Of a stretch of 56,024 bases of DNA, positions 34,953 through 40,197 are shown one piece after another; position 1 is the first letter of the stretch; every line of letters starts with the position of its first letter. Origin of the DNA: a virus; the IMG/VR virus record IMGVR_UViG_3300005336_000008; one strand, written 5' to 3'. A model generated the notes under the pieces. That model searched no databases and was not told the DNA's origin. It worked only from the letters and a program-made list of their open reading frames with translations. Position numbers and translations under genes: made by a program.

Positions 34953-35147
34953 TCAGTGGGTAGGGCCAGATTCCCAATCTAGAAGAATCCTAACCAACTG
35001 TTCATCTTCCTGAATATCAGCAACTCGTTTACACTCAGACTCCGCATCTGCGAATGAGAGACCGTAGACGGTAATTTCACGTCTATTGTTCGCAGAGTCT
35101 ACGATTACACAATCGTAGCGAAATTTTAGAGGCTTATCGGGATGCAT
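34953..35147 (-). CDS. Hypothetical protein
   Basis: 64-aa ORF with AGGAGGTAAAA upstream of the ATG. Confidence 0.55.
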   Translation of the reverse strand: MHPDKPLKFRYDCVIVDSANNRREITVYGLSFADAESECKRVADIQEDEQLVRILLDWESGPTH

Positions 35148-35149
35148 TT

Positions 35150-35329
35150 TTACCTCCTTGCGTAAGAAACGTATTTGTTTCTTTCAGGATAGGCAGGGTA
35201 TAGAATCTCTAGAGGGATACCGTGCTTAATTCGAAGCGCCTCAACAAATTCGGCGGCTTCTGATTTACGCTTTTCAGCAGCAGGGCCATGTTTGTCTGGC
35301 GCATACGATTTGTAGTGTTCGCTTTTCAC
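35150..35329 (-). CDS. Small ORF (59 aa, GTG start), below the track cutoff
   Basis: GGAGGG lies 5 nt upstream of the GTG at 35329. The sequence begins MKSEHYKSYAPDKHGPAAEKRKSEAAEFVEALRIKHG... Confidence 0.45.
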   Translation of the reverse strand: MKSEHYKSYAPDKHGPAAEKRKSEAAEFVEALRIKHGIPLEILYPAYPERNKYVSYARR

Positions 35330-35348
35330 TTTATCCCTCCTTTCTGAT

Positions 35349-35446
35349 TAGCTCAATGAGACAATAAGTGGTTCCACTACTGACGCAGTTCGGGCTTTTA
35401 GTCAACCCGGCGATTTCGGGCTTAACTTATTGTCTCATTCAACTAC
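35349..35446 (-). ncRNA. Copy 2 of the conserved-base long hairpin element
   Basis: The sequence is TAGCTC-AATGAGAcaataagt...acttattgTCTCATT-CAACTAC. The 15-bp stem is 35355..35369/35425..35439. Confidence 0.4.
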
Positions 35447-35602
35447 CCGGTTTGTTTTCTCTGCTAGTCAACCGGGTGAATCCTAGCAGACTGGGTTTCT
35501 AGTTTAAAGACTTCAACCCACTGTTTCGGTCTAAATTCGGTAGCGGCTGTTACTTAGGTAGTAACATTTAATCGGCTCACCATGCCGAACCGCTACACTC
35601 TT

Positions 35603-35881
35603 TTACCAGCGTGAAGTTTCTAGTACGTAAAGCTTAGGATGGAATCGCTTATAATCGTTTGCGAATCCCTTATCAGGAAGATGCCTTCCCTCTACAGTGT
35701 AACGTGGGTCTAGAAGTGAACCGTGTGCCGTGCGGCTAACAGTCTTGATTCGCTTTTGCGTACAAGCCTTCTTAACAGCATTCTTGTTCGCAAGATTTGT
35801 AAAGCACAAATGCCCGCGACCGTAGCGCATCGAATCTGCAAGTTCGTTCACTTCTGCGTCAGTGAGTGTAAGCTCACTCAA
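35603..35881 (-). CDS. Hypothetical protein. I moved the start to the TTG at 35881.
   Basis: The track ORF (35603..35944) runs through the promoter at 35910..35938. GGGAGG lies 5 nt upstream of the in-frame TTG at 35881. Confidence 0.5.
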   Translation of the reverse strand: MSELTLTDAEVNELADSMRYGRGHLCFTNLANKNAVKKACTQKRIKTVSRTAHGSLLDPRYTVEGRHLPDKGFANDYKRFHPKLYVLETSRW

Positions 35882-35909
35882 AATAACCTCCCGTTCGATT
35901 TGTAGCTTA

Positions 35910-35938
35910 AGTGTAGCATACTTCGAAATGTTTGTCAA
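35910..35938 (-). promoter_or_regulatory. Sigma70-like promoter, TTGACA-N17-TACACT, with a TGc extended -10
   Basis: The -35 is at 35938..35933 and the -10 is at 35915..35910. The leader ATCGAACGGGAGG is shared with the promoter at 37349..37377. Confidence 0.6.
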
Positions 35939-35991
35939 GTACAATTAGCACGGTTGTTTAAAGGATGCCCGCGTGCAATTCATCCTATTTC

Positions 35992-36363
35992 TTACTTGCT
36001 TCCGTTCTGTGACGCACGGGCCTCAGCGACCAACTTAGTGTTGATGATGAAAAGCCGCTCAGAAACAACGACCTTCTTATCACCCTTAAGCCCGTTAGTC
36101 TCCTGCTTGATTCGAACCTGAATGTCGGTTCCACCCGGAATCGCAAGCGTTCCAGTCTCATCGGAAACCTTCTTGCGCGCAGAATCAAGAGCCATCTTAA
36201 CCTGCTTTGCAGACTTTCCGACGAACGAACCAGCACCCAAATCGACCTCCCGACCCATCTCACCCGAAGCGAGAAAATCCTTCACGTAGTCGGAAGAATT
36301 AAGCTTCGAACGAGTAGAACCAAGAACCTCATCGATCATGTCAAGTGAGAGCGTATCAGCCAT
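35992..36363 (-). CDS. Abundant-looking early protein of unknown family (paralog B, 123 aa)
   Basis: It is about 70% identical to 30614..30991. It has a strong RBS (AAAGGAGGTGA), its own promoter and a long structured leader. Confidence 0.75.
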   Translation of the reverse strand: MADTLSLDMIDEVLGSTRSKLNSSDYVKDFLASGEMGREVDLGAGSFVGKSAKQVKMALDSARKKVSDETGTLAIPGGTDIQVRIKQETNGLKGDKKVVVSERLFIINTKLVAEARASQNGSK

Positions 36364-36393
36364 TTAATTTTCACCTCCTTTCTTGCGGTTGAA

Positions 36394-36506
36394 GTTATTT
36401 GAGGGATAAACGCAACCGGATTATCAACCCAAAACTTAGCCCGGTCATCTTTTATCAGGGTTTGACTTATCGGCCGATCAAGCCTTACGTCTATCCCTCA
36501 AATAAC
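36394..36506 (-). promoter_or_regulatory. Long stem in the 5' leader of paralog B (15-bp perfect arms enclosing 83 nt)
   Basis: GTTATTTGAGGGATA (36394..36408) pairs with TATCCCTCAAATAAC (36492..36506). It lies between the promoter at 36528..36555 and the RBS. Confidence 0.5.
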
Positions 36507-36527
36507 CTCTCCTTTCATTATAGTTGA

Positions 36528-36555
36528 AGTGTATCAGACTGTGTTGGGAAGTCAA
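36528..36555 (-). promoter_or_regulatory. Sigma70-like promoter, TTGACT-N16-TACACT
   Basis: The -35 is at 36555..36550 and the -10 is at 36533..36528, about 158 nt upstream of the ATG at 36363. Confidence 0.5.
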
Positions 36556-36574
36556 CTATACTTAAGTCTAGGTT

Positions 36575-36751
36575 TTAGGGTTTCGGTACTGTGAGTCTAA
36601 ACTGTTCGTTTTGATTTACTGCGAGACGTTCGAATACTTGCATAACCTTGCGTAGTGAAATATTCTTGGGATCATACATATGCGTAATCTCCCAACCCTT
36701 CGGCGTTTTAGTCTCGATTGTGTAGAGTTCGTCCCAATCAGGGTATTCCAT
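36575..36751 (-). CDS. Small ORF (58 aa), which I prefer over the overlapping track ORF 36616..36807
   Basis: AGGA lies 5 nt upstream of the ATG at 36751. MEYPDWDELYTIETKTPKGWEITHMYDPKN... has protein-like composition. The competing frame is Arg/Leu/Ser-rich and has no RBS. Confidence 0.45.
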   Translation of the reverse strand: MEYPDWDELYTIETKTPKGWEITHMYDPKNISLRKVMQVFERLAVNQNEQFRLTVPKP

Positions 36752-36853
36752 CGTGATCCTTTCAGTGAGAGGGTATATTGTACCGACTCAGTGAGTGCAA
36801 AAGTCATTTTATTGAGTTAACTCTAAGAGTACTAGAGTCCGTTAGTATTACTA

Positions 36854-36887
36854 CTATATACTATATATATTATATAGTATTATATAG
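36854..36887. repeat. TA-rich quasi-palindrome: CTATATA twice, then TATATAG twice
   Basis: Read directly from the sequence. CTATATA is at 36854 and 36861. TATATAG is at 36871 and 36881. The region is intergenic. Confidence 0.7.
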
Positions 36888-37083
36888 GTCTATAGCCTCC
36901 TAGCTAAGACTTATACGTGCTATTGCGACCCTGTGACACTGTACGTACACTGGACGCCGTAGCGGTTTTGCTTGTTCTGATTAATACCAATTGCGGATAA
37001 TTCGGAGGTTACGCTTAATCTTTCGATGTGAAGGGTTATAACCCAGGAAGTACAGGAAACGATCCCACATGATTTACTCCTGT

Positions 37084-37317
37084 CTAGTTAAGCCACCACA
37101 TTTCGGCGGCGATCTTAGTGTCAGTAACAGGCTTACTGTTATTCAAGTGCTCTGCACACCTACGCTTAGTCTTGCCTCCCCCATTCTCGACCATCAGTAC
37201 GGGATTGGTACATTCGGCAACGTGGCACTTCTCAGTCTTGACGTGAATACAAAGCTGAGTATTAGCGGACGGACCGAATCGGCGCTTATTCATCAGACTA
37301 GACCGCGTGCGTGCCAT
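37084..37317 (-). CDS. Small basic Cys/His-containing protein
   Basis: 77-aa ORF with GGGAGGAAAATAA upstream of the ATG. It has its own promoter at 37349..37377. Confidence 0.6.
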   Translation of the reverse strand: MARTRSSLMNKRRFGPSANTQLCIHVKTEKCHVAECTNPVLMVENGGGKTKRRCAEHLNNSKPVTDTKIAAEMWWLN

Positions 37318-37348
37318 TTATTTTCCTCCCGTTCGATGTAGTAGATAG

Positions 37349-37377
37349 ATTGTAGCTTATGTGTGGGGTAGTGTCAA
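37349..37377 (-). promoter_or_regulatory. Sigma70-like promoter, TTGACA-N17-TACAAT
   Basis: The -35 is at 37377..37372 and the -10 is at 37354..37349. Confidence 0.6.
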
Positions 37378-37382
37378 GTAGA

Positions 37383-37415
37383 GGGAAGGGCCAATTTTGT
37401 GTTTTGGCCCTTCCC
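37383..37415 (-). terminator. 12-bp hairpin (GGGAAGGGCCAA / TTGGCCCTTCCC) after the first early gene
   Basis: Read directly from the sequence, with a 9-nt loop. It lies between the stop at 37426 and the next promoter. Confidence 0.5.
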
Positions 37416-37425
37416 CAACTTCGCA

Positions 37426-37695
37426 CTAGCCGTTATTGTAATCGTGGTCGAGTGTGATCGATTGAATCAGGCTACGCTTCTGCGCATTCTGGCTTGCGCG
37501 AGTGATACGCTTCGCGTGCTCATTCGGGGTACGTGTGCGGACGAATGGGATGCGAGTACCGTCGGGGAAGATCGAGACACATTCGCCGGATTTCGTGCCG
37601 GAGCCCTTCCAACGTTCTGACACTCGCCTGGTCGTAGAAGTAATGGCACCGAATGCCTTAGCATCGGCTGCATTCTGCATTCTTGCGTCTCGCAT
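37426..37695 (-). CDS. First early protein of the minus arm (89 aa, basic, GC-rich)
   Basis: GGGAGGCATC lies upstream of the ATG at 37695. Overlapping alternative frames look spurious. Confidence 0.6.
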   Translation of the reverse strand: MRDARMQNAADAKAFGAITSTTRRVSERWKGSGTKSGECVSIFPDGTRIPFVRTRTPNEHAKRITRASQNAQKRSLIQSITLDHDYNNG

Positions 37696-37836
37696 GATGC
37701 CTCCCGTTCTGTTTGGCGACTTCGAACTAACAAGAGGAACTATATGCCCGTGGGAAGGAAAGTGTTGCCGCTATCAATTTCTAACTCCATTCTCAAATTT
37801 TGAAAAAGGGTCCCATATTTACCACCCATTCTAATT

Positions 37837-37865
37837 TTGATGCACCACTAGAGTCCGTATACACT
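37837..37865 (+). promoter_or_regulatory. Plus-strand promoter candidate, TTGATG-N17-TACACT, ahead of the late arm
   Basis: The -35 is at 37837..37842 and the -10 is at 37860..37865, about 47 nt upstream of the ATG at 37912, which has a GAGGTGA RBS. Confidence 0.45.
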
Positions 37866-37911
37866 TCACACAGAAGCCCCCAATTTTGCCTACAAAAAAT
37901 GAGGTGAACGA

Positions 37912-38280
37912 ATGGATCTAAATGATGCAGAAGATATCCTGAGTGAACCTCAGGACTTTGGTAGTTTGTCAGAATCACTTAAGGACTATCGGAAGTCTTT
38001 AGAGGAAGAATTCAAAATTGCCTCTACAGGAACTTCCGAGGATATCGCTGATGAGGCAAGAAAGAAACTTGCACTATTACTACCGGATGCGTCTAATAAG
38101 TTAGCGCAGATTTTGCACACGGGTGGAAAAGAGGATGCAGTACCATTAGCAGCAGTTAAGCTAGTTTTCGAGTATACAATCGGAAAGCCTGGAACAAAGA
38201 AAGTGGAGGAAAGCGATTACAACAAGATTCTGAAGGACCTCATGAAAAAGCCAGATGAAGAGCCAGCAGAAAAGGAGTAA
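37912..38280 (+). CDS. Hypothetical acidic protein, the first gene of the plus arm. A small terminase role is possible but unsupported.
   Basis: 122-aa ORF with an RBS. No recognisable motif. Confidence 0.6.
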   Translation: MDLNDAEDILSEPQDFGSLSESLKDYRKSLEEEFKIASTGTSEDIADEARKKLALLLPDASNKLAQILHTGGKEDAVPLAAVKLVFEYTIGKPGTKKVEESDYNKILKDLMKKPDEEPAEKE

Positions 38281-38285
38281 ACAGA

Positions 38286-38507
38286 ATGGCCGATGAGTCC
38301 AAAATGTTCCGTCTCCGTGTTGGAGACAAAGTTTCCTGGGATGATACAAGCGAGCATCCTCCCATTCAGTATGAAGGTGAAGTAACAGGTTTCGGCAATG
38401 AAGAACTTACTTATCTAAACGTTGCACTATACGAAGTCTCAGATGAAGATAAGAAGAAGAAGGTAGAAAAGACTTTAACGGAAGACGAAGTTAGGCGTAT
38501 TGGATAA
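38286..38507 (+). CDS. Hypothetical protein
   Basis: 73-aa ORF in the same-strand array. Confidence 0.55.
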   Translation: MADESKMFRLRVGDKVSWDDTSEHPPIQYEGEVTGFGNEELTYLNVALYEVSDEDKKKKVEKTLTEDEVRRIG

Positions 38508-38764
38508 TGATCCCAAAGATTGCAATCAGGAGTACGTCAGCAAAAGTTAAACGTGCCGAGCTTCACGGCGTAGTCACAGTTGGCCCTGAGTCCGCTGAGA
38601 AGCTCACCAAGTTATTAGGAAGAAAGGTTGAAGTTGGTGAAACATTTGATTTAGGTGCCCTCGCCGTTTACGACGAATCATTCTGGAAACGTCTTAAGGC
38701 TAACGTCCAGATTGCTTTGGCACATTCAAAAAGCCCATTTCGTAAGCCTCTAGATAGAGGATAA
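38507..38764 (+). CDS. Hypothetical protein
   Basis: 85-aa ORF with a TAATG junction to the upstream gene. Confidence 0.55.
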   Translation: MIPKIAIRSTSAKVKRAELHGVVTVGPESAEKLTKLLGRKVEVGETFDLGALAVYDESFWKRLKANVQIALAHSKSPFRKPLDRG

Positions 38765-38791
38765 TAACACTAGAATAAGAAAGGGCCAACA

Positions 38792-39193
38792 ATGGCTTTC
38801 GGTGTAGCTACAGTCCTTACTAACAAAGGTAAGGCACTTTTCGCAGATCGCGCAAGAACCACGCCAGGTACATATTCCACTTCTCCTAAGTTCATCGGAA
38901 TTGGAACTGGCGCAACGGGAGCAGCAAGAACAGCAGTAGCAGCGGATACAGCATTAACGACCGAAGTTGAAACTAGAGCCTCAGGAACTGAGTCAACAGT
39001 TACAACGACTCAGACAGGTGACACTTATCAGTCCCAGGGCACAGTTTCAATTACAGCAACTAGAGCAGTAGATGAGTCGGGACTATTTGACGCATCTACT
39101 TCTGGGAACATGATTACCTCTGCAACGTTAAGTGTAATCAACCTCCTAAACGGTGACTCCCTACAGTTAACCTGGAAGGTGCAGATCACATAA
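38792..39193 (+). CDS. Tail-collar-fibre N-terminal-domain-like protein (DUF3751-like)
   Basis: LTNKGKALFADRA....FIGIGTGATG...ESGLFDASTSGNMITSATL resembles the tail-collar fibre pattern. Confidence 0.45.
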   Translation: MAFGVATVLTNKGKALFADRARTTPGTYSTSPKFIGIGTGATGAARTAVAADTALTTEVETRASGTESTVTTTQTGDTYQSQGTVSITATRAVDESGLFDASTSGNMITSATLSVINLLNGDSLQLTWKVQIT

Positions 39194-39236
39194 TGAACAA
39201 GCGAGTCCTTTAGTTGAAGGAAAGAGAGTTATATAG

Positions 39237-40157
39237 ATGAAAAAGCAAAGTCTCTTCTTGCTCGCAGCATTAGGTGCATTAATCGCAGGAGGTTATGCTG
39301 CTTCTGCGCTAATGGCGACGGAAGTGACTGAGACGCACACTGTACCGTTTAATGTCGTCGTCGGAGACAAAACGGTTTCAGATCAATACGTGCTGACAGA
39401 CACAGACACAATTCCTGATCCGGTTACGGTCACGGAAACTTCGCCGCCAGTTACAGTTACCGTTACTACGACAACACCTACTAACACAACTCCAACAACG
39501 CCGACTGATACAACGCCTACAACACCTACTACTCCAACAGGCAATAATTTAATCCTACCAGACAATACAACTTGGCGTTGTACTTCAAATGTAAATTATG
39601 ATCTTGTAAAAGTTAATATCACACAACAGGAACAACGACAGGATGCAGTATTCCTTTCAAGTGGTTGCACGGGTCACATCGGACGTTTAGAAGTTGATAC
39701 GTGGGCGTCTGATGGAATCCACATTGGTCCATTTGCTGAAAATCTAACGATTGATGGTGGTTACGCAATCGTGCATGATCGCTGTGGTACTGCTTGTGAT
39801 CCGTTACACGCAGATGTAATTCAGGTACTCGGTGGTTCCAACATCACGTTTAACAATTTCAATGTTGAACTACAGTATTCTGAGCGCACTAACTCCGCAC
39901 TTTATATTAACTGCGGAAATAACTGCCAGCAGCGACCTACAGATATCGTATTCAACAATTCAACGTTTAAGAGAACACCTGATAAGAATCGTGTAGTTCG
40001 AATTGGAAATTCCGTCAGAAGTGGTATTCGCAATTCAACGGTCTATTGGTGCGGTACAGGTTCAGAGTGTGATGCACCTACAGCACCAGCAATTTGGTTT
40101 AATGGATTGCAGACCGATCCTGTAAATGAGAACAATACACTAATTACTTACGGATGA
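39237..40157 (+). CDS. Exported or anchored protein: signal/anchor, Thr/Pro-rich linker, then a Cys-containing beta-helix-like domain
   Basis: The N-terminus is MKKQSLFLLAALGALIAGGYAASALMA. The linker is TVTETSPPVTVTVTTTTPTNTTPTTPTDTTPTTPTTPTG. The C-terminus has N-rich repeats (NITFNNFNV, FNNSTF, IRNSTVYW). Confidence 0.65.
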   Translation: MKKQSLFLLAALGALIAGGYAASALMATEVTETHTVPFNVVVGDKTVSDQYVLTDTDTIPDPVTVTETSPPVTVTVTTTTPTNTTPTTPTDTTPTTPTTPTGNNLILPDNTTWRCTSNVNYDLVKVNITQQEQRQDAVFLSSGCTGHIGRLEVDTWASDGIHIGPFAENLTIDGGYAIVHDRCGTACDPLHADVIQVLGGSNITFNNFNVELQYSERTNSALYINCGNNCQQRPTDIVFNNSTFKRTPDKNRVVRIGNSVRSGIRNSTVYWCGTGSECDAPTAPAIWFNGLQTDPVNENNTLITYG

Positions 40158-40192
40158 ATTGTGTGGCCTTCTCTTGTAGGAGGCCACACAAT
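40158..40192 (+). terminator. 11-bp hairpin (ATTGTGTGGCC / GGCCACACAAT) between 40157 and 40198. Its 3' arm includes the AGGAGG RBS.
   Basis: Read directly from the sequence. There is no clear T-tract, so it could act as an attenuator or a translational control element. Confidence 0.35.
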
Positions 40193-40197
40193 ATCTT

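Noticed and set aside
35540-35596. tRNA-like three-way junction: a 7-bp closing stem GTAGCGG/CCGCTAC with two internal hairpins
   Set aside because: It is only 57 nt long, with two arms rather than three. It has no anticodon arm, no T-loop consensus and no GG D-loop. More likely it is a 3' stability or terminator structure after the 35603 stop. I noted it but do not call it a tRNA.
36616-36807. 63-aa minus-strand track ORF
   Set aside because: It overlaps, in another frame, the 58-aa ORF 36575..36751, which has an RBS and a more protein-like sequence. The call is low confidence either way.
36850-36895. TA-rich repeats as a CRISPR array or tandem-repeat locus
   Set aside because: The units are 7 bp and in inverted orientation, with no spacers. 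No CRISPR-like repeat-spacer periodicity occurs anywhere in the window.
37467-37834. Overlapping ORFs 37467..37733 (minus strand), 37502..37834 (plus strand) and 37399..37620 (plus strand)
   Set aside because: These are alternative or antisense frames of the GC-rich first early gene 37426..37695, which alone has a good RBS (GGGAGG) at the right spacing.
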